DNA from: Dictyostelium discoideum
Taxonomy: Eukaryota
Direction: 5' to 3'
DNA: 64,000 nucleotides
Assembly: GCA_000004695.1 (NCBI GenBank)
Contig: CM000153.2
Coordinates: 5,056,001-5,120,000 of the forward strand
Shown here: in pieces, positions 1-14,334 of the stretch
How positions within the stretch are numbered: the stretch's first letter is position 1
How the letters are laid out: every line of letters starts with the position of its first letter
The notes under the pieces: generated by a model
What the model saw: the letters and a program-made list of their open reading frames with translations, nothing else
Databases searched by the model: none
What the model was told of the DNA's origin: nothing
Program-made: the position numbers and the translations under genes

Positions 1-2130
<2,130 letters not shown>

Positions 2131-2147
2131 CTTTAAAAATTATTTAT

Positions 2148-2195
2148 ATGTGGGTGGAGAGATGAGAGTGTGTGTGTGAGGGGTGGGGGGGGTTT
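2148..2195 (-). promoter_or_regulatory. C-rich / CA-repeat element (G-box or CAE-like) in the 5' leader immediately upstream of the med25 ATG.
   Basis: The plus strand reads gtgggtggagagatgagagtgtgtgtgtgaggggtgggggggg, which is CCCCCCCCACCCCTCACACACACACTCTCATCTCTCCACCCAC on the coding strand. It is the only GC-rich island in about 3 kb of otherwise AT-rich intergenic DNA. It resembles the CA/G-rich elements bound by G-box binding factor in Dictyostelium promoters. Confidence 0.3.
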
Positions 2196-2515
2196 TTTAA
2201 ATTTTAAAAAAAAAAATTTTATGAATTCTGTTTGTCTTTAAAATTGGTTTTTAATTTAAATGTATTAATAAAAAAAAAAATAATTTAAATAAAATAAAAA
2301 AATAAAAAAAACACTACTACAATTGTAAAAAAAATAATAAAATAAAAAAATAAAAATAAAAAAAATAAAAAAAATAAAAAAAACATTTTGTTTTTGTTGT
2401 ATATATATATAACTTACCTTTATAGTTTTAATATATGCCTATAAATATAAATGTTCCATAAATTATTAATTATTAAATTTTGTTATTATATACAAAAAAT
2501 ATCATATGTATAAGG

Positions 2516-2556
<41 letters not shown>

Positions 2557-2683
2557 AAGAGGTGATTTTGAAATTTGAAATGTTAGTTATGGATTATAAA
2601 CATATATATATGTATATGTGTAAAAATGCAAAATTAAATTTATTTTTATTTATTTATTTATTTATTTATTTTTTTTTTTATTT

Positions 2684-2720
<37 letters not shown>

Positions 2721-3095
2721 TTTGTTTATTTATTATTTTTGTTTGTGGTGGATATCTGGATTCTTTTTGGTTTTATATAAAAAAACTTTTTTTTTTTTTT
2801 TTTTTTTTTGTTTGCAATATGAAAAAAAATTCAAAAAAAAAAATAAAAAAAATAAAAAATAAATAAATTAAAAAAAAAAACAAAAAAAAAAAAAAAAAAA
2901 AAAAAAAGTTATCCAAAATAAACTTAATTTTGATTGGTAAAAGCATAAATGAACAAATAATTTTTGGGTTTTTTTTATTTATTTATTTATTTTATAAAAA
3001 AATGAATAACAAATAATCAAAGAAAAAAAAAAAAAAAAAAAAAAGAAAAAAATAGTTTAAAATGAAAATTAATTTTTTATATTTATTTATTTATT

Positions 3096-3129
<34 letters not shown>

Positions 3130-3768
3130 GTAAATGTGTAGTTAAAATTAAAACCATTAAAAAAAAAAAAATAAAAATAAAAATAAAAAATATAAAAAAA
3201 TATAAAAATAAAAAAACAAAAAAAATTAAAAAATTAAAAATTTAAAAATAGATTTGTGTGTGATAATGGTATGTGAATTAATTTGGTGACTTTGATAGTG
3301 GTAATTACCAATAGTATTCAAATATTAGTACATACACAAAAATAAAAGATAAAAAAATAAAAAAAATAAAATTATTATATTATTTTATTTGGTGATTGTT
3401 ATAAATATATATATAAATATATATATATTTAATAATAAAAGGAAATAATGGTGATGTTATTAATGAATAATTAATATGAAAATGATTTTTTTTATTATTG
3501 ATTTCATGTGTGTGGAAGTGTTTTTGGATAAATGTTGCAAGTCATTTAATTTGCAAAAAAAAAAATAAAAAATAAAAAATAAAAAAAAAAATAAAAAAAA
3601 ATTAAATTTATAAAAAAAAAAAAAAAACAATTATAAAATCAAATATCTCCCCCCAAGATTTTTCGAAATTAATTTCATTTTAAATTCTATTTTTATCATT
3701 TGGTAATATTTTTCGTCATAAAAATAAATATCATATAGTAATTTTTTTTATTTTTATTTTTACTTTTC

Positions 3769-3813
<45 letters not shown>

Positions 3814-3869
3814 TGTATAGTACCAAAAAAAAAAAACTCTTTGTGTACAATTTTTTATTTTTATTTTTA

Positions 3870-3972
3870 TTATTTTTCATCAGATTTAAACCTCCATTCG
3901 CTTCTGCACATTGGACCTGTTTTTTTTTTTTTTTTTTTAAAAAAAAGTTTAATATCAATAATTTATTAGAAA

Positions 3973-4011
<39 letters not shown>

Positions 4012-4410
4012 ATACTTACATTGTTGTAATTCATTTGCATTTAACCATTTTAAGATACAGTGCATATGAAAAGCATGATTACAAACACCCCAAACTGGTG
4101 GACAATCATCACCTGGTATTTTACAATCAACACAACAACCATCAAAAGCCATTCTACAAATACCACAGCATTCTTCATTTACATCCCAATGCCAAGCTGA
4201 TACAGTGTTCCATCTAAAAAAAATAAATAATATTGATTATTAATATTGACAGTTGATTATTGATATAACAATAAAAATAAAATTATATATTACATTTACC
4301 CTATATATTAATTATTGTAGAAATAGATTTTAATTAGAATTGTAAACTTATTATGGTATTTTATTTTTCTTTCAGATTATAAGAAACATACTTTTAATGG
4401 TAACCTTCAT
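3870..4410 (-). CDS. anapc11: Anaphase-promoting complex subunit 11 (RING-H2 finger). Three exons on the minus strand: 4391..4410, about 4142..4217 and 3870..3916.
   Basis: The spliced product reads MKVTIK|[65 protein letters not shown]|[15 protein letters not shown]. It aligns along its full length to human ANAPC11 ([84 protein letters not shown]). The donors are GTATGT and GTAAGT, and intron 2 contains a (TA)n tract. Confidence 0.8.
3955..4010. repeat. (TA)n dinucleotide microsatellite, about 20 or more units, inside anapc11 intron 2.
   Basis: An uninterrupted atatatatat... run is visible directly. Confidence 0.9.
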
Positions 4411-4680
4411 TTAAAATCTTAACAATTATTTTATTTTTTATTTTTTATTTTTTTCTTTTTTTTTTGAAAAAATTTAAATTTAAAAAAAAAAAAAAAAAAA
4501 ACTTAAATTTAAAAAAAAAATTTAAATTTAAAAAAAAAAAAAAAAAAATTTTAAACAAAGATTATCCAAACTAGTTAGTTTTTTTTTTTTTCCATTCACT
4601 TCATATTATTTCATTATTAAATTTTAAAAATTTAAATTCATCTTTTATTTTTTAAAAAAAATAATAACAATTGTCCAACA

Positions 4681-4830
4681 TGAAAAAACATTAATAGTTA
4701 GAGCTAACTATACTAAGAGAGCTTACTCCTTTGTTTCACACAATACCAACTATTGTGACATCACTACTTCATCATAAGCTGTATCAACAGCACACCCAAA
4801 ACTGCAACCATGTAATCTTTAGCCAACTAA
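4681..4830. other. A roughly 150-bp island of normal base complexity in an AT-rich intergenic region. It could be a small ncRNA or a promoter module. Function is unknown.
   Basis: The segment ttaatagttagagctaactatactaagagagcttactcctttgtttcacacaataccaac...cagcacacccaaaactgcaaccatgtaatctttagccaactaa stands out sharply from the flanking poly-A/T. It contains short hairpins (GTTAGAGCTAAC; TTAGCCAACTAA). There is no ORF on either strand. Confidence 0.2.
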
Positions 4831-4861
4831 TTTTAAATTTTTAATTTTTTTTTTTTATTTT

Positions 4862-4960
4862 TTTATTTTTAATTTTTTATTTTTTTGGGTCAATAGCGAA
4901 TTTTTAAGATATTTATAGATTTTTTGGCGAATTTTCAAGATATTTATAGATTTTTATTTC
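4862..4960. repeat. Two tandem copies of a 33-bp unit (cgaattttNaagatatttatagatttt) about 100 bp upstream of the 5049 gene.
   Basis: The direct repeat reads agcgaatttttaagatatttatagattttttggcgaattttcaagatatttatagatttttatt. Confidence 0.6.
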
Positions 4961-5048
4961 TGGATTTTTTTTTTTTTTTTTTTTTTTTATAAGTTTTTTG
5001 TTTTTTTATTATTGTCATTATTATTATTAATAATTAAAAACCATTAAA

Positions 5049-6551
5049 ATGATTAAAAAGGTAAAATTGTTTTTATTAGTATTAGTATTATTTAATTTTT
5101 GTGTTTCACCATCATTATCATCATCATCAAGTGAATGTCAACAAACAGTTTATAGTGTTTCAGAAGTTAGTCCATATGTTCTTGGTAGTTTAGTTGTTAT
5201 TAAAGGTATTTTTTGTTTAAATAGTACAAATGGAGTATCAGTTGTATTGAACGTACCAGAAGAACATTCAAATATTGTATATGGCTTGAATTGTAATGAT
5301 TTAACAATTGATTCAATTGGTGAAACAATTACATGTAGATTATCAGACATCTATCAAAGTCAAAATAATAATGCAAACTTTTCATCATTAACAACTGTAG
5401 CAATTTATACACCAATCCCAGTACCAACACCAACACCATCACCAACACCATCACCATCACCACCATCAAAAATTGGTGTTGGTCCAGTACCAGTATTGGG
5501 AATTTCAAATTATATATTTACAAATAGTAGTTGTCCACAAAATTGTGAAATAAATGGATTTTGTGATGTTGCAAGTACTTGTAGATGTAATGAGGGTTAT
5601 GCATCATTTGATTGTAGTGTTAAAGTTTATAATGAATCTTCATTACCATCACCAAGTGTTGGTGATGATTTTGATACATTTTCAATGAGTACATCAAATG
5701 AAGATTTCTCAATAAGATTATCACATGTTTTGGCTAACCTTGAATTTCAAACTCAATTATCAACTTTATCGGTAAATAATAAGTCATCAAATAGTAATGG
5801 ATTATCGTATACCCTAAATGGAACCATTGGTAGTGATGGTCAAGCAACCCTATCACCATGGTTAAATCAGTTATATTATAATGTAGATTTCAATATAAAT
5901 GATGATGATGAGGATAACGAACCATCGTTTAAATTCTCCAATTATAAGGGTGCATATTTACCATTATCATCCTCTGCTGCCACAATTACAATTAATCCCA
6001 CTATAGACCCACAATATTTGCCATCGGGTTTTTCACATTATCATGGTTTTGGTGAATTTTATATGATATTTGAAATTTCGAATAAACATCTCACAATGAG
6101 TAAATATTTGAGTGCTACACCATTTATTGCAAGAAGTGTTACATTGTGGAGTGAAGAAAATGTAAATTCGATGATGGAAATTAGTTTATCCGATATTTAT
6201 AGTTTTGATGGATCAACTGTACCTGAACATGCTTATCTTAATGTATTCAATTCATTTGATTATCAATTTATAAAAAACTATTCAAATAGTTCTTTATATG
6301 TTGCTATTATCATTCCACAAACGTCATCCTATAATCCAATTCCAATGGGTACATATACAATTCAATTAAATATCAATGTCTATGATATTCGTTTATCAAT
6401 TTCAAAAGGTAGATTCCCACCTTGGTTTATCGCTTTAATTGTCATCATTCCATCAATCATTGGAATAGCTATCATAGCAATAATTATTAAATGTGTTTTA
6501 TCAAAACGTAATAGTTATTCAAGAATAGGAGATCACCCTCTTCACCATTAG
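5049..6551 (+). CDS. Type I membrane glycoprotein with a signal peptide, a Pro/Thr/Ser-rich linker, an EGF-like Cys module and a C-terminal transmembrane helix.
   Basis: Intact 500-aa ORF starting at an ATG. The N-terminal signal is MIKKVKLFLLVLVLFNFCVSPS. The linker is PIPVPTPTPSPTPSPSPPS. The EGF-like module is CPQNCEINGFCDVASTCRCNEGYASFDC. The hydrophobic segment FIALIVIIPSIIGIAIIAIII is followed by a basic stop-transfer motif, KCVLSKR. Confidence 0.6.
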   Translation: MIKKVKLFLLVLVLFNFCVSPSLSSSSSECQQTVYSVSEVSPYVLGSLVVIKGIFCLNSTNGVSVVLNVPEEHSNIVYGLNCNDLTIDSIGETITCRLSDIYQSQNNNANFSSLTTVAIYTPIPVPTPTPSPTPSPSPPSKIGVGPVPVLGISNYIFTNSSCPQNCEINGFCDVASTCRCNEGYASFDCSVKVYNESSLPSPSVGDDFDTFSMSTSNEDFSIRLSHVLANLEFQTQLSTLSVNNKSSNSNGLSYTLNGTIGSDGQATLSPWLNQLYYNVDFNINDDDEDNEPSFKFSNYKGAYLPLSSSAATITINPTIDPQYLPSGFSHYHGFGEFYMIFEISNKHLTMSKYLSATPFIARSVTLWSEENVNSMMEISLSDIYSFDGSTVPEHAYLNVFNSFDYQFIKNYSNSSLYVAIIIPQTSSYNPIPMGTYTIQLNINVYDIRLSISKGRFPPWFIALIVIIPSIIGIAIIAIIIKCVLSKRNSYSRIGDHPLHH

Positions 6552-6839
6552 TGATCACTAAATAAAAAAGTAATAATTTATTTTTTTAAATTTTGTTTTC
6601 TTTTTTTTAAAAGAGATAAAAAATAAAAAAATAAAAAATAAAAAATAAAAATAAAAAAAAAATAAAAATCTTTTTTTTTTTTTTTGTTCTAAACATCATT
6701 TTTGGCAAATTTGTTTTTTTCAAAAAAAAATAAAAATAAAATAAAATAAAAATGGAAATTGGCTGAAATAAATAGGAATAAAATATTTAAAATAAAATAA
6801 TTCTTTTAATTTTGTCTTTTTTATTTTATTTTTTGATTT

Positions 6840-6861
6840 ATAAATTTATTTATTTACTAAT

Positions 6862-6924
<63 letters not shown>

Positions 6925-6925
6925 T
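6840..6925. repeat. (TTTA)n microsatellite.
   Basis: tttatttatttattta... repeated about 20 times. Confidence 0.9.
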
Positions 6926-7511
6926 TTGTTGCTTTTGCTAAAATAATAAAAAAAAAAAAAAAAAAAAAAAATAATTCGATCAATCTCATAAAGGTTTTTG
7001 TACTTAGAAAAAAAAAAAAAAAAAAAAAAAAAAATTAAAAATAAAATAAATTTCCAAAATTTTTTATTTTTTTAAATTTTTTTTTTTTTTTTTTTTTTTT
7101 CGTTTTTTTTTTGAAGCGAGTGGAGTAATAAAATTTTTTTTTTTTTTTTTTATTTTTTTTTTTCAACGCTCTACGTTTCTGTGCGACTATATATATATCT
7201 TTTATATATATAATTGTTTGTTTTTTTTTTTTATTTTTTTATTTTATTTTTCATCTATATATTTTTTCCTTCTTTTTTTATTTATTATTCATTTATATAT
7301 TAAAAACCTCGCATTCAAATTAAATATAATTTAATCATACTATATTTAATTAATAACTTTCGTAACTTTTTTAAAATTTTTTTTTTTACAATTAAAAATT
7401 TACGTACATACACATAAATACACACATATATAATATATATATATACATATTATATAATAATAATAATAATAGTTAAAGAAAGAATTAGAAATTCAACAAC
7501 AATAAAACATT

Positions 7512-10500
7512 ATGTATTCAGGATTATGGACTAAAAATGGAGAACAAATACTTCCATCATTTATATCGATCAATGCCAAAGTTGTAGATTTGGCAGCACA
7601 AATCGTCTTTACCAAGACCTATTCAGACATTAACAAGTATTTCGCCACAATGAACAAAATGAACAGTAGCAACGAAGAGGATGCAACCTTTAAAGCATTT
7701 TTAAATACATCCATGGGTGTATTATGTGGTTTCGAAATCAATCTCGATGGTAAGAAGATCACATCCCAAGTCGTTAGTCAAGCCGATGCAATGAGATTGT
7801 TTGAAAAGAATCAAATCAGTACTGCCGATGATATCGTCAAGGAAGCCGAGTTCAACAATTCCGATCCACACATTGAAGAGGATTTCTTTCTCTGTAAAGT
7901 TAATAACCTCTCTCAATATAAGGAGCTAGAAATTATTATCACTTACTCCACTGAAATGTCAACCCAAGGTGACTATCTTTTTATGGAATTCCCAACTTCT
8001 CTAACTACAATTAGATCAAGTCAATTCTTTGAAACTTTAGATAATGAAAATAGTACAACAAATACAAATACACAAACTCAACCACAATCTGTAAATACAA
8101 CCACCACAACAACACCATCAACAACCACAGCCACAAATATAACAAATATAAATAATAATATACAAAATATAGGATCATCAACAACAGGTGGTTTAACACA
8201 TTCAACATCATCTAATAAATTATCATTATCATCATCATCAATTCAAGTTAATCAAAAACAAGGTTTATTGATTGAGATGAATTTAGATATGCCATCAAAA
8301 ATCTCCGAAATTATTTCACCATCACATTCAGGTTTGATTGATGTCGAGTACAAAGGAGAGACTGGTAAGGTAACATATAAAGATTCACGTTCTATCGATG
8401 TCGTTAATCAATCTGATTTGGTTGTATTGATTAAATTGGATAACCCACATGAACCATATGGTTTCATTGAAGAGAATGAAAATGGTAGCCGTGCTCTTAT
8501 GATTGCTTTCTATCCTCAATTATCCTCTGCCGCTATTGCCGCCTCTGCCACTACACCTGTCGTTGAAAGTGAATTAATCTTTTTAGTTGATGTCTCAGAG
8601 TCAATGGAAGGTTATAATATGAAACATGCAAAGAAAGCACTCCATCGTTTCCTTCATTCCCTTTCAAAGGATACCTATTTCAATATCATTAGTTTTGCTT
8701 CATCTCATCGTAAATTGTTTGCTCAATCTGTCAAATACAATGATGAAAACCTTAAAGCTGCCACTGCCTACGTAGAATCACTCAAAGCCATTAGCCATGG
8801 TGAAACTAATCTCTTGGAGCCATTAAAAGATATCTACTCTGTTGATGCAACTTGTCCAAGAAAAATATTCCTCTTAACTGATGGTCGTGTTAATAATATT
8901 GGTCCAATCGTTGATTTAGTTCGTCAAAATGCTCATAATACTTCAGTTTTCCCAATTGGTATGGGTGAATTCGTTTCACGTCAACTTGTAAGTTTTTTTT
9001 TTTTTTTTTTTTCGTTTTTTTTTTTTTTTTCTCTCTCTTCTTTTATTCTCTTTTTATAAAAAAAATATCTTTTGTGAACTTGGACAAAAATAATTAACAT
9101 CTCGGTTTTTTTTTTTTTTTTTTTTTTTTTTTCTTTTTTCTCTCTCTTCTTTTATTCTCTTTTTATAAAAAAAAATAGGTTGAATATATTGCAAATGCAG
9201 GATCAGGTGTTGCAGAATTAGTAATTGAAAATGAAACCATTGAAAGTAAAGTTATGCGTCAATTAAAGAGAGCATTACAACCAGCAATGTCAAATATTAA
9301 AGTTGATTGGGGATCATTATCAAGTAAGAGTCAAGCACCAAGAGATTTACGTACATTGTTTTTCGGTGATCGTTTAACTATTTATAACATTCTTGGAAAA
9401 GATGAAAAGATCGATGGTACTACCGTTAAATTAATTGCAAATGGTCCAACCGGTCCAGTATCTTTCCCAGTTACCATAAAGAGTGAAGAGACTAAAAAGG
9501 GTAATCTCGTTCATAGTTTAGCTGCCTATACATTAATTCAAGATCTTCAAGATCAAATCTATGAAAATAATTTAGTTGATCCAAAGGATATTGATCCAAT
9601 TCGTCAAAAAATCATTGATCTTGGTATTAAATATGGTTTAGCTTCAAATTATACTTCTTTTTGCTCTGTTGAACAACCTGATCAATTTAATGAATTATTA
9701 AATAACAATAAACAATCAGAACAAGCACAAGAAACAACAACCACCACCACCACCGCAACCACAGTTGATGATAATGTAGTTATTGAAGAGAATAAACAAC
9801 CAGAACCAATTGTAGAGGAACAACCACCAGTTTTAAATGGCAATATTAATTTACAAAATTTAACAATCAATCATGATGGTAAATCAAATGATAATGGTTT
9901 GTTCAAATCAAACGATAGACTTAAAACTCATCATCAAGGTGAAAGCGCTATGATTTCATTGAGAGGTTCTGCTAGTGGTATCCCAACTACTTTATCTGGT
10001 AGTGGTATTCCATTCTATAATCCATCTTCACCAAATCATGATCGTAATATCAATACTACTCAACAACCAACACCAACACAATCTACTCCATTAAAAACAC
10101 CATTAAAAACTCCACTCACTCCATTATCAAAATCTGGTCTTAAAGTTAGTTCACCAGAATTTGTACCAAAAAATACATTAAGTGCTAAAGCTGCTCCATT
10201 TGTTCCATCACCAAATAAATTACCAACTACAACAACTTCAGCTCCAGCAACAACTCCAATTACAACCCCAGCCCCAACTACTACTACTACTGAAGTTAAA
10301 CCAACTGTTGCAGAACCAGTTAAACCAGTTGTTGCAGAACCAACTAAACCAGTCGTCGCAGAACCAACTATACCAGCTGTCGCAGAACCAATTAAACCAG
10401 TTGTTACAGAACCAACAAAACCAGTTGTTGAAGAACCAGCAAAACCAGCTGTTAAACCAACACTTTTTGAAATGATTAAAATTGCTGAAGCTAAAGCTGC

Positions 10501-11227
10501 CGCTGAACAAAAAGCTGCTGCTGAACAAAAAGCAATCGCTGATGCAAAAGCTGCCGCTGAACAAGCTGCCAAACCTGTAGAACCAGCTGTTGTCCAACAA
10601 CAACAACCACAACAAACCAAACCAAAAGCTGATAAACAATCAAAACAAAATGCAAAGGATAATAAACAATCAAATAAACCAGTTGTTGTCGAACAAAAAC
10701 CACCAGTTGTAACTGAAACTAAACCAACTGTTGCCACTGAATCAGCTACACCAACTAAACCAACCTTTGCTCAAGCTGCTGCCGCTGCTGCTGCTGCTGC
10801 ACAACAAGCTGCACAACAAGCTGCTGCAACAACTCCAGTCAAACAACAACCAACTAAACAAACTACACCAAATAAATCAACACCAGCTGTTGAAACTAAA
10901 TCAGTTGTTGCTGAAACCAAACCAGCAGTTGAACAACCAAAACCAGTTGAAACCAAACCAGTAGTTGAACAACCAAAACCAGTTGAAACTAAACCAGTAG
11001 AACAAACAAAACCAGTTGAAACTAAACCAGTTGAAGTTAAACCAACAGTCGAACAACCAAAACCAGTCGAAGTTAAACCAACAGTTGAACAACCAAAACC
11101 AATTGAAACTAAACCAACAGTAAATTCAATTGCATCAACACTTGCTAATTTTGGATTCCAAACCAATGAACCAGCTAAACAAGCAACACCAACTCCAGCT
11201 CCAACTCCAGTACAATCAAATGAATCT

Positions 11228-11269
<42 letters not shown>

Positions 11270-13942
11270 AACAACAACAACAACAACAACAACAATATTG
11301 TTTCCTCAACACCAATTAAAAAACCAGCAGTTACAAATATTTTACCAACTCAAGCAGTTATTTTATCATCAGGAGGACGTCGTGTTTACAATAATGATTT
11401 CTTATTATCATTTAAAGATTCAAATACTAAAGCACCAGATTCATTAAAAACCACACCAATCTTTTCAAATGGGCCACAAGGTATTAGCCCATCATCTGGA
11501 AATGGTTCAAACAAATCCCACTTTGGTAAGAAGAGAGGTGATCGTGGTGGTAGAGGTGGTAGAGATCGTAATGCCGATGCTGAACCATCAACTCCAATCA
11601 TTGTTAAGAAAGTTTTCTCTCAAGATGTTCAAGGTACTCATCAAGAATTATTAAAGAAATTCAAATTCAATCTTAATAGAATTACAATGGATACCTATAG
11701 TTCATTGATTAAAAATATCGATGAATTAAAAGTACCAGATGAAGAAGCACTCAAATCAATCTCAAAGATTCTCTTTGAGAAAGCAATTATTGATCAAAAA
11801 TATTCAGCCGTTTATGCAATTCTTGCAGGTCATTTAGATACAACTTTCCCAAAGTTTGCCGAACTTTCACTCAAACGTGCCATTCTCGATAATTGTCAAA
11901 CTGAATTTAGTGCCGTTGTTGATAAATCCAAATTTGAAGGTTTAAGTAAAGAAGATCTCGAAGAACAAGAATTCATCATAAAGAGAAGAGTTTTAGGTAA
12001 CATTAAATTCATTGGTGAGCTCTATAAACATGGTGTTCTCGGTGAAAAAGTTGCAAAAGCTATCGTTGTTCAATTGATCACCAAATGTGAAGAGAGATTA
12101 GACGAAGAATCCATTGAACCATTGGTTAAGATTCTCAACACTATTGGTAAGAAACTTGATGAAGTCGATAAGGCCAACACTGATTTATACTTTTCCAAAG
12201 TAACCAACATCTCAAATAATCCAGTAGTTACCTCTAGAGGTCGTTTCATTTTATTGGATCTTATTGATTTAAGAGCAAATAAATGGCAACCAAAGAATTC
12301 CACCCAAACAAAAACCAAAAAAGACGAATCAGACAAAGAAGAACGTTTCATTGCTAAACATGGTGGTCCACAAAAGAGAGAAAATGATTCACGTAGAGAT
12401 GGCGGTAGAGACTCAAGAGGTGATGATCGTAGAGGTGGCGGTGGTAGAGATTCAAGAGGTGATGATCGTAGAGGAGGTAGAGATTCAAGAGATGCACCAA
12501 GAAGTGCATTTGGTGGAAAGAGTAGTAAAGATGGTTGGGAGACCGTTGGAGCAAAGGGAGGTAATAATAGAGATAAAGGTGGACGTGGTGGTGATCGTAG
12601 CGGCGGCAAACAATCTCCAAGTGGTAAGAAAGATTCAGGTTTTGGTCCATCGTCAGGTGGTTCAAGCTTATTTGGTAGTAGAAGAGGTGATGATCGTAGA
12701 GATGGTGGTGGTAATTCATCACCATATCGTCCAGGTCAAGGATTTGGTAGAAAGGATGATCAATCATCATCAATTCCATCAATTCCAAATAGATCCAATG
12801 CATTCAGTGCTTTAGAGGATGATGATTATCAACCATCAACATCACCACAACCACCATCAGTATTTGGTAATCGTTCCAACGATAGAGACTCTCGTGGTCC
12901 ATCAAAACCAGATAATCGTAAACAACCAGCTCAACCACCAGCCCCAGTTGAACCAGTTAAACCAAAGATTAACTTTGAAAAGATTGAAGATGATATTTCA
13001 ATGACTTTGGATGAATATGCTGAAACCCAAGATATCGATGAAGCCATCGAATGTATAAAAGAAATTAACGAACCAACCGTTTTGGGTAAACAATTCAACA
13101 TTTTCATCATGAAATCATTGGAGAGAAAAGAAAAAGAGAAACAATTGATCATCGAATTGTTCAGTGGTATCTTAACAGCCCAATTATTCAATGCCGAGCA
13201 AATCAAAGAAGGCCTCAAAGAAATCATTGATACCATTGAAGATATTGAAATAGATCTTCCATTCTCTGGTGTATTCGTTGCAACAATCGTGGGTATTTGT
13301 ATAGAATCTGAAATATTCCCATTGAATTATTTAGAGGAAGCATACGCTCATTTGGTTGATAGTGATAAAGCTGAAGAGATGATTGTAAATACATTTAATT
13401 CCATCGTCAAAGTCTCTGATAAAGATCGTTTAGTCGAAATCTATGAAAATACCAAAGGTCTTGATATCTTGAAGTTATTCGCTCTCAAGAATAGAAAAGT
13501 TGCCTACTTGGAAGAATTCTATCAAACTCATTTCCCATACCTCTCTCATGAAAAAGCTGTCGAAGGTAGTAATGAATCAGCTTTGAATGAACAACCAGAT
13601 CTCATCGAACATCTCTTATTGTTACAATCTGCTGATGGTTATTGGCAATTGGATAAGAAATTGGCTGGTATTTTAGGTATCTCTTTAAATATTTTAGAAG
13701 AAGTCGATTCTAGTGACAGTTGTGTTATCACTACACACCCAGAGGTTTGGGCAACTTGTTTAGCTATTACCTTTGTCAATTTAAATAATGTATCTGATCC
13801 AGATGATGAAGATGATTTGGAATTAGTACTCAGTAAAAGTCATAAATGGTTGGCTTCTCAATATCAATCTGATAAACCACCAAAACAATCTCAAGATGAT
13901 GTTTTATTAAAAGCTAAAAGATTATTAAGTGAAGTTTTATAA
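7512..13942 (+). CDS. Large protein joining an N-terminal VIT plus VWA module (VWA5A/PARP4-like) to an eIF4G-like core, which has an eIF4E-binding motif, a MIF4G domain, an RGG/RGD-rich segment and an MA3 domain. It ends in a VWA5A-type C-terminal tail. Exons are 7512..8987 and 9179..13942.
   Basis: Exon 1 carries the VWA MIDAS-type motif LIFLVDVSESMEG and LLTDGRVNN. It ends ...SRQL at a GTAAGT donor. A tttataaaaaaaaatag acceptor joins it in frame to exon 2 (VEYIANAGSG...). Exon 2 is a 1,588-codon stretch with no stops. It contains RRVYNNDFLLSF, which matches the eIF4E-binding motif KRYDREFLLGF of human eIF4G. It contains ...IIKRRVLGNIKFIGELYKHGVLGEKV..., which matches the RRRSLGNIKFIGELFK signature of MIF4G. 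It has an MA3-like region (DEYAETQDIDEAIECIKEINEP...) and ends ...LLLLQSADGYWQLDKKLAGILGI.... Confidence 0.7.
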
Positions 13943-14334
13943 AAAAACAAAGAAACATATAAAAAAAAATTATAGTTTATATATAAATAAAAAAAAAAAA
14001 AAAAAAAAAACAAATACAAAAAAAAAACAAAATAAATAAAAATAAAAAAAAAATTTAAAAATAAAATAAATTTGTATAATTATTAAAAATAAATAATAAA
14101 TAAAAAATATAGTTTTTATAAATAAAAATAAAATAAAAAAACAATAAAAACTTAACCAAAAATCTTCACCACTAACACACTTGGTGAAATTAATTATCTT
14201 TTTTAAATATCTTTAAAAAAAATTTTTTAGATATTTTTTTTTTCTTTTTTTTTATTTTTTTTATTTTTTTATTTTTTTTATGTTTTTTTATAAAACTTTT
14301 TACTTTTAAAATATAAGCCTTGTAAAAAATAAAA

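Noticed and set aside
4035-4217. Plus-strand ORF 4035..4217 (His-rich) and ORFs 3731..3958(-) and 3813..4010(+).
   Set aside because: They are antisense to, or overlap, the well-supported APC11 exons, or they are poly-K/F readings of homopolymer tracts.
4681-4830. Box C/D snoRNA on the minus strand.
   Set aside because: The minus strand has a C-box-like ATGATGA, but no D box (CTGA) follows at an appropriate distance, and no terminal stem or box arrangement is evident.
9682-12815. Numerous minus- and plus-strand ORFs inside the VIT-VWA/eIF4G gene, for example 10060..10737(-), 10771..11295(-), 12070..12609(-) and 12351..12815(+).
   Set aside because: They lie antisense or off-frame within a long, clearly coding sense ORF. 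They are low-complexity artefacts of Pro/Thr/Ala/Gln repeats.
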